Origin: Blastocatellia bacterium
Lineage (GTDB): Bacteria > Acidobacteriota > Blastocatellia > RBC074
Assembly (NCBI GenBank): GCA_031409955.1
Contig: JANNYF010000120.1
Location: 10,780 to 74,779, forward strand
Length of the DNA: 64,000 nucleotides
Reading direction: 5' to 3'
The position numbers and the translations under genes were made by a program. Of this stretch, positions 34,595 through 43,687 are shown in pieces. Position 1 is the first letter of the stretch; each line of letters begins with the position of its first letter. The notes beneath the pieces were generated by a model. That model saw only the letters and a program-made list of their open reading frames with translations. It was not told where the DNA came from and did not search any database.

Positions 34595-36058
34595 ATGAGT
34601 AACCAAACAGGTAAAATTCTGCTAGTCGAAAACGACGCTGCGACGCTTGGGTCGGCACGCGAACTATTGCTGCCCAATTCGCTTTCTAACGTTGAGACAC
34701 TTCCGGCGGCGCTGAAAAAAGTAGCCCATCGCGCGGCAGATTTTGTATTGCTTGGGCCAGACGCCGCACAGGCACTTTTGCAGGAAGTCGAATTGCGCAC
34801 GCAAGAACGCACGGCGGAGTTAGCACAAGCCATCGAAACGTTGCGCGAACAGGTACTCGAGACACAACGAATTGAGACGGAAATCCGCCGCGAGAATCAG
34901 GAATTGGCGATCCTCAATTCAATTCCTGCCGCTGTCAGAACTTCACTTGATCTAACCGAAGTCCTGCTTCTGCTGAAACAACAATTGTCGCAACAACTCG
35001 GCGTGCCGGGTGGCTGCATTTACGTTTATGACCAGCCAGGGGAAAAGTTTGAGTTGAAAGAATCGTGGGGCTTCCCGGATGAAGTCACTCAGGCAATTAC
35101 AATGGTTCCGGCCCAAAGCTATCCGGCGAACGAAATTCTCAGAACCCGCAAGCCCTTCCTCGTCGCGGAGATCAAAAAAGACCGACTTTACCAGAAATTG
35201 GAACTGCATCAAACGCGCTCCGAATGGCAGAGTTGTTTGGGCGTGCCAGTGTTGGCGGATGGAGCCATGCAAGGCGTTGTCGTGCTGTTTAGTCCTGCAA
35301 TTTTCAATGACGCACAGATTTCGTTTTACACTTCGTTCGGGCGGCAAGTCGGCGCGGCGTTTCATCACGCCCGTTTGTTCGCGCAGTTCTTTGCCGCGCG
35401 CGAACGCACACAAGTTCTCTCGCAACGACTCGTAACGATTCAGGAAGAAGAGCGGCGCAACCTGGCGCGCGAGCTGCACGACGAAATCGGACAAATCCTG
35501 ACGGGGCTGAAATTGATTTTGGAGATGAGCCTGCGCTTGCCGCCCGAAGAGAGCCAGGCCAATGTGCAAGAAGCACAAAAGCTGGTCGGCGAACTGATGT
35601 CGAAGGTGCGGCAAATCTCCTTGGATTTGCGTCCCGGCATGCTTGATGACCTGGGCCTGCTGCCAGCCTTGCTCTGGTATCTGGAGCGCTATACTTCACA
35701 AACCAAAGTGCAGGTCAATTTCACGCATCGCAGTTTGGAAGGACAGCGCTTTCCGCCGGATAGCGAAACCGCCGCATATCGAATCGTGCAGGAAGCGTTG
35801 ACCAATGTCGCGCGGCATGCCGGAGTCAAAGAGGTCAATGTCAACGTTTGGGCGGACCCGGATATTTTGTGTGTCGAAATTGAAGATCAGGGCGCGGGCT
35901 TCAATCCGCAAGCAGCGCTCGAAGCCAATGTTTCCAGTGGTGTCGCGGGGATGGGCGAACGCGCGCGGTTGTTGGGCGGCGGCTTGACGATTGAATCAGA
36001 AATCGGGAGGGGAACGCTTATCACAGCGCATTTGCCGTTGTGGGATGAAATGACTTGA
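34595..36058 (+). CDS. GAF-domain sensor histidine kinase (HisKA_3/NarQ type)
   Basis: EERRNLARELHDEIGQ, QEALTNVARHA, DQGAGF; degenerate receiver-like N-terminus. Confidence 0.92.
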   Translation: MSNQTGKILLVENDAATLGSARELLLPNSLSNVETLPAALKKVAHRAADFVLLGPDAAQALLQEVELRTQERTAELAQAIETLREQVLETQRIETEIRRENQELAILNSIPAAVRTSLDLTEVLLLLKQQLSQQLGVPGGCIYVYDQPGEKFELKESWGFPDEVTQAITMVPAQSYPANEILRTRKPFLVAEIKKDRLYQKLELHQTRSEWQSCLGVPVLADGAMQGVVVLFSPAIFNDAQISFYTSFGRQVGAAFHHARLFAQFFAARERTQVLSQRLVTIQEEERRNLARELHDEIGQILTGLKLILEMSLRLPPEESQANVQEAQKLVGELMSKVRQISLDLRPGMLDDLGLLPALLWYLERYTSQTKVQVNFTHRSLEGQRFPPDSETAAYRIVQEALTNVARHAGVKEVNVNVWADPDILCVEIEDQGAGFNPQAALEANVSSGVAGMGERARLLGGGLTIESEIGRGTLITAHLPLWDEMT

Positions 36059-36080
36059 GGTTTGAAATCTCAGATTTGAA

Positions 36081-36740
36081 ATGAACGATATGACTACGAT
36101 TGTTTTAGCAGACGATCATCCAATTGTGCGGCGCGGGCTTCGTTCCGTGTTGGAGGCGGAAAAAGGCTTCAGCCTGATTGGCGAAGCGGGCGATGGATTG
36201 GAAGCTGTGCGAACAGTGGAGAATCTGCAACCGGACATTCTGATCGTGGATTTGATGATGCCGGGACTCACTGGATTAGAAGTCACACGGCAAGTCAAAC
36301 AGCGCGTCCCTACCACCAAAGTTATCATCCTTTCCATGCACGCGACCGAATCCTACGTGCTGGAGGCCTTGCGCAACGGGGCGAACGGCTATGTCCTGAA
36401 AGACGAAGCCGCCGATGAATTAGTCCGCGCGATTCGGGAAGTATTGGCGGGACGCCGCTATTTGAGTTCGCAGCTTTCCGAACGGGCGATTGAAAGTTAT
36501 GTGCTAAAGTCTGGGGCCTCCGCGGTAGACAGCTATGATTCGCTCACGACCCGCGAACGCGAGGTTTTGAAATTAGCGGCGGAAGGATTAACCAACAACG
36601 AAATCGCCGAACGGCTTTTTATCAGCCCGCGCACGGCGGAAACGCATCGCGCGAATCTCCTGAAAAAGCTCCATCTCAGTAATCATACGGAGCTGATCCG
36701 CTACGCAATTCGACGCGGCCTCCTATCTCTGGATGAATAG
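36081..36740 (+). CDS. NarL/FixJ family response regulator
   Basis: LADDH, VDLMMPG, LuxR HTH LTTREREVL...TAETHRANL. Confidence 0.95.
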   Translation: MNDMTTIVLADDHPIVRRGLRSVLEAEKGFSLIGEAGDGLEAVRTVENLQPDILIVDLMMPGLTGLEVTRQVKQRVPTTKVIILSMHATESYVLEALRNGANGYVLKDEAADELVRAIREVLAGRRYLSSQLSERAIESYVLKSGASAVDSYDSLTTREREVLKLAAEGLTNNEIAERLFISPRTAETHRANLLKKLHLSNHTELIRYAIRRGLLSLDE

Positions 36741-36821
36741 AAAAGCCTGATAAATACAGGGCGCAACTGATTTCAGCCATTTCCGTGCTCGCTCCTGCGC
36801 CTGTTTCTCCGCAAATTCAAT

Positions 36822-36860
36822 TACGGGAAATTACGGACGAAATTCCGTAGTTCTACGAAT
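36822..36860. promoter_or_regulatory. Candidate NarL/LuxR-type operator sites
   Basis: CGTAG-TT-CTACG inverted repeat plus upstream TTACGG direct repeats. Confidence 0.4.
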
Positions 36861-37031
36861 AGTCACGCCCCCTTGCAAGGCGTAAACTCCGTTTCGTTAT
36901 CACGCACATCTCACTGGTGTCAGGTAACTGCTCCGAAGTGGGCAAGATTGACTGCAATCGTAGCAGTTACCTTTTTTTTGAATCAGTGAGCAGCAAGGAA
37001 AATTTCAGGTGCAGTCGAAGGAGTAAATCTC

Positions 37032-37310
37032 GTGGGTACAGCTTTAATTTCAAATCACAAGGCAACCACTGCCACCCAGCAGTTTTTGGCTTCCCCCAAG
37101 AACCTGGTCGAGCCAGGGAGCAAGGTGCAAGAGGCGATTTGGCGGTTGCAGGACGAGGTGAGGATTTTACAAGAGGTGCTGACGCGGACGCGGCGAGCGT
37201 TGGATCAAAGAGAAGTCCTGCTGCGCAATTCTAAACAACGGGAATTAGAGTTGCGCGCAGAAGCCGGTGACGGGGTCAGGCAATTCGATTTCTCCCCCCG
37301 AATTGCCTGA
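37032..37310 (+). CDS. Small hypothetical coiled-coil protein
   Basis: AAGGAG RBS before the GTG; heptad-rich LQDEVRILQEVL...LDQREVLL. Confidence 0.5.
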   Translation: MGTALISNHKATTATQQFLASPKNLVEPGSKVQEAIWRLQDEVRILQEVLTRTRRALDQREVLLRNSKQRELELRAEAGDGVRQFDFSPRIA

Positions 37311-37425
37311 CTAGGTGCTTGAGTTGATATGAGTTGATGCTGGTGCTGGATTGGTGACGGTTTGAGTTGGTACTGGTGTCGGTCCTGGTGTCGGTGGGAA
37401 AGGTGCTGGTGTCGGTGTTGGGTTT

Positions 37426-37544
37426 TGTCGCCACGGTAGCCGACGCGAAACGTAAGCAAAACAAGGTGACGGTGTAAAAAGATCAGGTTGATGCCGGTTT
37501 GGAGTTTGGTGCGCTTGCGTTTCGCGCCGCCTGCCGTGGCGACA
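37426..37544. repeat. REP-like long imperfect inverted repeat
   Basis: tgtcgccacggtagccgacgcgaaacgtaagc ... gcttgcgtttcgcgccgcctgccgtggcgaca. Confidence 0.75.
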
Positions 37545-37555
37545 CCCATTGCAAT

Positions 37556-38221
37556 CTATTTTTCTCCCCCAATCAGTTTTTGTAATTCCCCAAAACGTTC
37601 GATCAGGAAATCGGCGTGCGCTTCGACGAGTTCCTCTTTACCTCTAAATCCCCCAACAAAGCCGCAGGTTTTCACGCCTGCGGCTTTCCCCGCTAACATA
37701 TCCACTTTGGTATCGCCAATCATCAGACAATCCATCGGCGCAACGTCACAGAGCCGCGCCGCTTCGAGCAATGGCGCAGGCGCGGGCTTGCGTTCCGGCA
37801 AACTATCGCCGCCAATGACTGCCGCGAAGTGCCGCTGCAAATCTAATGCTTCCAGAATCGTCACCGTAAATTCGAGCGGCTTATTCGTGACAACGGCTTT
37901 GGGCAAATGGGCAAACGCTTCGAGCGTTTCGTACACCTCTGGATAGGCTTGCGTTTGATCCAGCAGATGCTCTCGATATTTGCCTCGGTACACTTCCAAT
38001 GCGCGCAGCACGAGCGCTTCGTCCGGCTCCTGAGAAAAGCTCGCGCGCAAGGCTCGCTCAATCAGCAAGCGCATCCCTTCGCCGACAAACGTGATGATTT
38101 GTGTCGCGGGCAGTGGCACGTAGCCCAATTCATCCAGCATCAAGTTCACGGAAGTCACCAAGTCAGCCCGCGAATCCACCAGCGTGCCGTCCAAATCAAA
38201 AAGCAAACCCCGAAAATTCAT
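37556..38221 (-). CDS. gph: HAD phosphatase, phosphoglycolate phosphatase-like
   Basis: FDLDGTLVDS, VTNKP, RKPAP, IGDT..D. Confidence 0.8.
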   Translation of the reverse strand: MNFRGLLFDLDGTLVDSRADLVTSVNLMLDELGYVPLPATQIITFVGEGMRLLIERALRASFSQEPDEALVLRALEVYRGKYREHLLDQTQAYPEVYETLEAFAHLPKAVVTNKPLEFTVTILEALDLQRHFAAVIGGDSLPERKPAPAPLLEAARLCDVAPMDCLMIGDTKVDMLAGKAAGVKTCGFVGGFRGKEELVEAHADFLIERFGELQKLIGGEK

Positions 38222-38339
38222 ACGCGAAACTCACTGGAGCAAAGAATGCGAAAAAAGAAGCGCTACTTTGCCGCAGCCAATGGTTTTTGGCAACTTGTGC
38301 TATGATTTTCGTCCCCACTAATTTAGCGAGGTAATTCGA

Positions 38340-39833
38340 GTGCGAGTGCTTACGAAATCCATTTTGGTTCTCGCTTGTCTGATGCTCAGTGCGGCATCTA
38401 TCTGGTCGCAACCGCGCCCGCGTGCCAAGACGCCCGCGCCCGTTGCGCAAGAAGCCAACCAACCAAAAGCCGCCGCGCTCTTTGACGCCGGGCAGGAAGC
38501 ACACGCCGCAGGCAAGCTCGAAGACGCCGTCAAACTGTATTCGCAAGCCTTGGAATTAGACTCGTCGCTTTGGCAGGCGGAATTTCAACGCGCCGCCGCT
38601 TACTTCTCGCTCAACCGATTGCCCGAAGCAGGAAGTGCAATCAACAAAGTTCTGGAGCAACTCAAAGACTTCGCCGATTCGCCCGAACTCAAGCAGGTCA
38701 CCGCGAAAGCAAACACCTTGCGCGGTGAAATCGCACTCGCGGCAAATCAAGCGTCCGACGCCGAAGCTGCATTTCGCGGTGCGCTCGAACTGGACGCCAA
38801 TCACAAGCGCGCGCATTCGGGTTTGGCGCAGGTTTTGCTCGCTAACAGTAAAGTCGCCGCCGCAATCATTGCCGCCAAGGCTGCGATTGCGGCGGGCGAG
38901 GACAGCGCATTGATATACGCCTTGCTCGGTCACGCGCAATTTCGCAGCAAGCTAAATGATGAAGCATTGGCAAGCCTGTCCGAAGCATTGCAGCGCGAGC
39001 CGAACAATCCGCAAGCCTTGCGTGACCGCGCCGAAGTATTCCTCGCGCGTAACGATGCGACGCGGGCAGCAGCGGATTTCCAAACGCTCCTGGCGGTCGA
39101 GAAATCCACGCCCACAATGCTCCGCCTCGCCGCTCTTTATCGTGCGGCAAAACAATACGACGAGGCGACGAAGCTCTATCAGCAAGTCACCGACGCGGAA
39201 CCGACCCATCAGGAAGCGCGCACGGCGTTGGCTGAAATCCTGATCGAATCCGGCAAAGCCGAAAACGCCATGGCACAACTTGAAGCGCTCATCAAAACCG
39301 AGCCGAATCGCCCGGATTTGCGTTCGCAACTGGCGACGTTGTTGGTAGTGAATCAACCGGACAAGGCGTTGGAGCAATATCAAGCGGCAGCAAAGCTCGC
39401 GCCCAACAATCCGAATCATCTGATCGGCATTGGCTCCGCGCTGGTGAAAATGAAACGGTATGACGAGGCGATTGCCGCGCTCCAGCCGCTGTTGGCGCAA
39501 ACGCTGCAAGCGGAGCAGGCGTACACGGCGCGTGCGAACTTTGCGACGGCGTTGTTTGAGCTGAAAGATTACCCGAACGCGGCGCGCGAATACGTCTGGT
39601 TGCTGGATTATTTGGCGAAACGTGGGGAGCGGAAAAAAACCGCTGTGACAACGTATTTGCTTGGTGTATGCTTCGATAAATTTGGGGATTTTGAGCAAGC
39701 GCTCAAGGCATATCAGCAATTTCTCAGCCTGGCCACGTCGGAGCAACAATTGGAAGTCGAGAAGGTCAAGCTTCGTCTCCCGTCGTTGCAAAGACAGATC
39801 GCACAAGGCCAAGGGATCAAACGGAAGAAGTAA
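38340..39833 (+). CDS. Exported TPR-repeat protein
   Basis: Signal peptide; continuous TPR pattern. Confidence 0.85.
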   Translation: MRVLTKSILVLACLMLSAASIWSQPRPRAKTPAPVAQEANQPKAAALFDAGQEAHAAGKLEDAVKLYSQALELDSSLWQAEFQRAAAYFSLNRLPEAGSAINKVLEQLKDFADSPELKQVTAKANTLRGEIALAANQASDAEAAFRGALELDANHKRAHSGLAQVLLANSKVAAAIIAAKAAIAAGEDSALIYALLGHAQFRSKLNDEALASLSEALQREPNNPQALRDRAEVFLARNDATRAAADFQTLLAVEKSTPTMLRLAALYRAAKQYDEATKLYQQVTDAEPTHQEARTALAEILIESGKAENAMAQLEALIKTEPNRPDLRSQLATLLVVNQPDKALEQYQAAAKLAPNNPNHLIGIGSALVKMKRYDEAIAALQPLLAQTLQAEQAYTARANFATALFELKDYPNAAREYVWLLDYLAKRGERKKTAVTTYLLGVCFDKFGDFEQALKAYQQFLSLATSEQQLEVEKVKLRLPSLQRQIAQGQGIKRKK

Positions 39834-39895
39834 TTTTCTTCCGGCTCAATGTGGCGGTTCTCGCTCCATTGGCACGATTAAGTAGAGAGAAAATT

Positions 39896-40426
39896 ATGAG
39901 GCACTCGATTCACAGTAAGTGTTCATGGCTCGCCTCATTCGCTTTGCTGGCGAGCTTCATCATCTCTTTCGCGCTGGTCATTCCGGCCCTCGCACAAACC
40001 GATAAACCGCACGAGTGGAAAAACAAGCTGACGGCTGAAGAGCGCACCACCTTCAGCAAACCCGACAGCCCAAATGATCGCATGAAAACCTTTGTGCGAT
40101 TGGCGGAGTCGCGGTTGAAATCGGCGCGGGATTATTTGGTCCGCGATGATTACACGGGCGCGGACGAACAGATTATGGGCTATGCGGCTTTGGTCGCAGA
40201 AGCTGGTCAGTTCTCGAAAATCTCCGTGCCAAAGCGTGACAAAGCGCACAAAACATTGGAAGTCTCGCTCCGCGAACAGACGCGCACGTTGGAAGGCATT
40301 CGGCGCGATACCTCTGTGAATTATGCCGAGACCATTGAAAAAGCGCTCAAGCTGGCTAATCAAGTGCGCCGCCAAGCCTTGAATTTATTGCTCGGCGAAG
40401 GGTTTCTTTCCGAAACGGACAAATAG
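39896..40426 (+). CDS. Exported helical hypothetical protein
   Basis: Signal peptide ending ALA-Q; similar to the next gene. Confidence 0.7.
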   Translation: MRHSIHSKCSWLASFALLASFIISFALVIPALAQTDKPHEWKNKLTAEERTTFSKPDSPNDRMKTFVRLAESRLKSARDYLVRDDYTGADEQIMGYAALVAEAGQFSKISVPKRDKAHKTLEVSLREQTRTLEGIRRDTSVNYAETIEKALKLANQVRRQALNLLLGEGFLSETDK

Positions 40427-40433
40427 TAACGAT

Positions 40434-40928
40434 ATGAACCCACGTTTTCTTATTTTTGCCGTTGTTCTCGCCTGCGTGTTTCTGATTGCACCTGTAACTA
40501 CTGCGCAAACACGCGATCACCTGACTGAAAAAGAAGTAGATTGGGTGCGCGAGGTTCAGGTCATTGACAAGCGCATCGAAGTGTTTGTCAAAGCGGCTGA
40601 CCGCCGTTTGTTGGTGCTGGTCAACCCTGACTCCAAGCAAACTAAAAAGGAAGAAGAAAAGTGGGGGCCGTTGCCGACTGGTACAAAAGCGGAGTTGCTG
40701 CAAGATTACAAACACATCCTCGAAGAAGCCGAAGAAAAGCTGGATGATGCGTTTGATCGCAAAGACGCATTGGTTCCCAAAGCACTCTCCAAGTTCAAAG
40801 AGGCCGCGCGCAAACAGCTTGAGCAATTGCGCTCACTCGAAACAAAAATGACCGAGACGCGCGAATTGAAAGCTTTATCCGAAGCCATTGAAGAAGCCGA
40901 AACCGTCACCAAAGGCGAAGTCAAATAA
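40434..40928 (+). CDS. Exported helical hypothetical protein
   Basis: Signal peptide; DHLTEKEVDWVRE...RIEVFVKAADRRL. Confidence 0.75.
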   Translation: MNPRFLIFAVVLACVFLIAPVTTAQTRDHLTEKEVDWVREVQVIDKRIEVFVKAADRRLLVLVNPDSKQTKKEEEKWGPLPTGTKAELLQDYKHILEEAEEKLDDAFDRKDALVPKALSKFKEAARKQLEQLRSLETKMTETRELKALSEAIEEAETVTKGEVK

Positions 40929-40936
40929 CCCATCTT

Positions 40937-40976
40937 AAAAAATCAGGCCGGAAGCAATGAACGCCTCCAGCCTTTT
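40937..40976. terminator. Possible bidirectional terminator between convergent genes
   Basis: A-tract, aggccggaagc...gcctccagcct imperfect stem, T-tract. Confidence 0.45.
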
Positions 40977-40998
40977 CAACTCTCCTCCCTGGGCTTTA

Positions 40999-41937
40999 TT
41001 ATTTAGCGCTGAAGCTTCCCGTGAACGAGCCTTCCGTCGTGTTGTATTCAATCGTATTGTTTCCTCTGGTGCGCAGCGTCCCGGTTGCCCCGCTCAAGGC
41101 CAGCGTGTTTCCGGTGACGAGGCAATTTGAAACGCGCGTCTTCGCGGTGCTGGTGCTTTGAATCCCCGTGCCATTATGACTGGCAACGCAATTCTCCAGC
41201 AGCATTTCGGTCTCTGCGCCGGAATTCCCATTGGACGTAAACCCGATGGACGCGCATTGCAAAACAACCGTATTGCGAATGACCGCCAGCGTTTTGTTGC
41301 CGCTGTTATTGGCTGAAATTGAAATGCCGGTCGTGGCCATTTTCTCGACGCGGCAATTATTGATGAGGGCGAACGCGGTGGTAAAACTTGCGGTCGTGAC
41401 CGCTGCCACAATGCCGTTATTGCAATTCTGCACGGTCGTGTTGCTGATCGAATGTTTGCCCGCGTTACCCGAAAGCGAGATACCTGTCCCCGCAAAATTA
41501 CGAACGACGCAATTCTCAATTTGCACGCCGCCTGCCGCTGTGGACTGAATTCCAAAGCTCGCGGTGCTTTGTCCCTCCAACGTCAAGCCGCGCAAGATCA
41601 CAAAATCAGTAGTGGCGGCGGCGACTGTCAGGGCATTGCCAGAGGCTGTATTGATGACGGCTTTGACGCCTGGCGCAGCTTGAATCGTGATGGCTTTCAA
41701 AATGGAAGCCGAGGCAAATTCCCCGGAATCAATGATGGTGATGACGCCGCCCGCCTGTGTTTGCGTAAGCGCATACGTCAGGTTCCGACAGGGTGACGCC
41801 GACGTACATAGCCCGGCATCACTACCTGTTCCGGCAGAAAGATAGGTGGTGGCGGATTGCGCAGAAACTGTGAGAGAAAACCCCACAACCAGCAAGGCGA
41901 TGAATAAAATCTGTGCGATGAATTTTGAATGCAACAT
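40999..41937 (-). CDS. Secreted right-handed parallel beta-helix protein
   Basis: Signal peptide; C..ASPCR, IIDSGEF, repeated I.NC....N..GI. Confidence 0.82.
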   Translation of the reverse strand: MLHSKFIAQILFIALLVVGFSLTVSAQSATTYLSAGTGSDAGLCTSASPCRNLTYALTQTQAGGVITIIDSGEFASASILKAITIQAAPGVKAVINTASGNALTVAAATTDFVILRGLTLEGQSTASFGIQSTAAGGVQIENCVVRNFAGTGISLSGNAGKHSISNTTVQNCNNGIVAAVTTASFTTAFALINNCRVEKMATTGISISANNSGNKTLAVIRNTVVLQCASIGFTSNGNSGAETEMLLENCVASHNGTGIQSTSTAKTRVSNCLVTGNTLALSGATGTLRTRGNNTIEYNTTEGSFTGSFSAK

Positions 41938-41968
41938 GATGATTTCCTTTTTGATAATGGCTCGCAGT

Positions 41969-42910
41969 TTATTTGGCGACGTAAACTTCTGAGAATGTAC
42001 CGTTGGTCGTATTGCCTTCCAGCGTATTGTTCAAGCGGGAAAATATCTGACCAAGATTAGATATTTGCAGCCCCTGAGCATTTCCGACAATGGTTGAATT
42101 TGAAACGCGAATCACCGTTCCATCTCGTTCCGCGATAAGGCCAACCCCGTTGTCAAAAGAAACAGAATTCTCGACCACGCATTCGACGGTGGAATTGGTG
42201 ACATTCGCAATGGCGCGTAAACCAGCCCCAACGTTATGCGCCAGATTCGTATCTCGGAGCGTAAGTCGTAGGGCCGCATTCGCTGCGCCGCTGGCATTGA
42301 TTCCATTGAAATTGCTTTTTTCGATGAGGCTGCTTTCAATCGTTGCTGTCAGTAGCCCACTGGACGCGGGGGTCAAGACTATTCCCTGCGAATTATGGCG
42401 AACGGTGGTCTGCGAAATGGTCAGGTGTCCGCTGGCCTGCGCTTTGATGCCCTCACCCGAAAACCCTTCGATGATGCAATTGCTCAAGGAAACAACGGCA
42501 GCAGATTGATAGCTGACACCTCTCAGGTTCGTGCTTGTACTGCCTTTGATATGTAACCCTTGCAGAAACACTTTGCCCACACTGCCAGCGTTTACTGTAA
42601 TTACATTGGAAATCGCCGGATTCTTGAGCACCGCAGCGACGCCCGGCGCAGCTTCAATCGAAACGGATTTCGTGATCGTGATTTCGGCATAATCGCCCGA
42701 ATCAACAATGAGAATGCGCCCGCCCGCAGCAACGAGGGAATGTGCCGAAGCCAGGCTGCGACACGGCAGGGCGAGAGTACAGGGATTGCCGTCTACGCCG
42801 TTCTGCGCGGAAACAAAAGTTTGCGATGGTTGCGCAAAGGCCGCGCACGTCGTCAGGATTACTGCGACAACGGAGAGAATGATCTGAGTTACAGAACGTG
42901 GATTGTCCAT
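41969..42910 (-). CDS. Secreted right-handed parallel beta-helix protein (paralog)
   Basis: Signal peptide; TFVS...NPCTLALPCRS, IVDSGDY, AAPGV shared with 40999-41937. Confidence 0.82.
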   Translation of the reverse strand: MDNPRSVTQIILSVVAVILTTCAAFAQPSQTFVSAQNGVDGNPCTLALPCRSLASAHSLVAAGGRILIVDSGDYAEITITKSVSIEAAPGVAAVLKNPAISNVITVNAGSVGKVFLQGLHIKGSTSTNLRGVSYQSAAVVSLSNCIIEGFSGEGIKAQASGHLTISQTTVRHNSQGIVLTPASSGLLTATIESSLIEKSNFNGINASGAANAALRLTLRDTNLAHNVGAGLRAIANVTNSTVECVVENSVSFDNGVGLIAERDGTVIRVSNSTIVGNAQGLQISNLGQIFSRLNNTLEGNTTNGTFSEVYVAK

Positions 42911-42934
42911 TGGGTTTTCTTTCTCCTACAAAAG

Positions 42935-43195
42935 TTAGTTGCGGTGACATAGCGAATTGAGACAAATAAGGAGCAGCCCGTCGCGCTCCTCAATCACGTG
43001 AAGCCGATGCAATTGAATGAGCTGGTGCAAAGCAGTCATTGAGAGTTGCAGCAACAATGCCGCCTGAGGTGGTGTGACCGTTGGGAGGTGCGCCTGACAA
43101 CGATCACACCACATAACAAACGGGGCATTGCGCCGGCTGACAAGCACGACGCGTTCGGTTTCGATAATAATTTCAGTGCGTGTTCTTCGGCCCAT
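42935..43195 (-). CDS. Small CxxC + HTH-like (excisionase/MerR-like) protein
   Basis: WCDRC, TPPQAALLL, LH.IEE.DG.LLICLNSL; paralog of 43322-43594. Confidence 0.7.
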   Translation of the reverse strand: MGRRTRTEIIIETERVVLVSRRNAPFVMWCDRCQAHLPTVTPPQAALLLQLSMTALHQLIQLHRLHVIEERDGLLLICLNSLCHRN

Positions 43196-43224
43196 AACTT
43201 CAACCTCTTTCAGCTTCGAGGTGA

Positions 43225-43302
43225 ATGATAGGCGGGCAGAGGAAAAGAATCTTGAAGTTCGGCTGAGGTTTTCTTGAGATTATTTTGAGGTCGTTTTGAG
43301 GT
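43225..43302 (-). promoter_or_regulatory. Promoter with five 11-bp-period direct repeats (box A)
   Basis: TGAAG/TGAGG/TGAGA/TGAGG/TGAGG at 43253, 43264, 43275, 43286 and 43297; minus strand AAGATT-17 bp-TATCAT. Confidence 0.75.
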
Positions 43303-43321
43303 AACGACAGTTTGCGCAACC

Positions 43322-43594
43322 TTATTGGCTCTCGCTGGCTTGCCCATAAAGCGAGTTGCGGCAAATCAAGACGCGGCCATCTGGTTCTTCGATAAAATGC
43401 AAAAGCTGGGCTTCCACCCAGCGATAAACCACACGCGGTGTCACCTGAATCAGCACCGCTGCCTGTTCCGGTATCAACATTTCCACGCGCGCAGAACAGT
43501 TCAGACACCACAAGTGAACGGGCATTGTTTGTTGAGGGACAACAATGATTCGTTCGGTTTCGACAATAATTTCTGTCCTTCTCTTCGTCGCCAT
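43322..43594 (-). CDS. Small CxxC + HTH-like (excisionase/MerR-like) protein
   Basis: WCLNC, PEQAAVLIQVTPRVVYRWVE, LHFIEEPDGRVLICRNSL. Confidence 0.75.
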   Translation of the reverse strand: MATKRRTEIIVETERIIVVPQQTMPVHLWCLNCSARVEMLIPEQAAVLIQVTPRVVYRWVEAQLLHFIEEPDGRVLICRNSLYGQASESQ

Positions 43595-43687
43595 AAAAAC
43601 TACTTTACGAAAGGGGGCAAAGTTAGGGAGCCGGGGGATTTGGCTACGATAAAACCTGCTTCACAAAGAACAAGGGCAACGGGTTTG

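Noticed and set aside
37205-37549. His/Gln-rich 114-aa minus-strand ORF
   Set aside because: Its composition is explained by the hexamer tract and inverted repeat, and it overlaps the plus-strand ORF.
42935-43594. Prophage/ICE excisionases
   Set aside because: No integrase, att sites or phage genes nearby.
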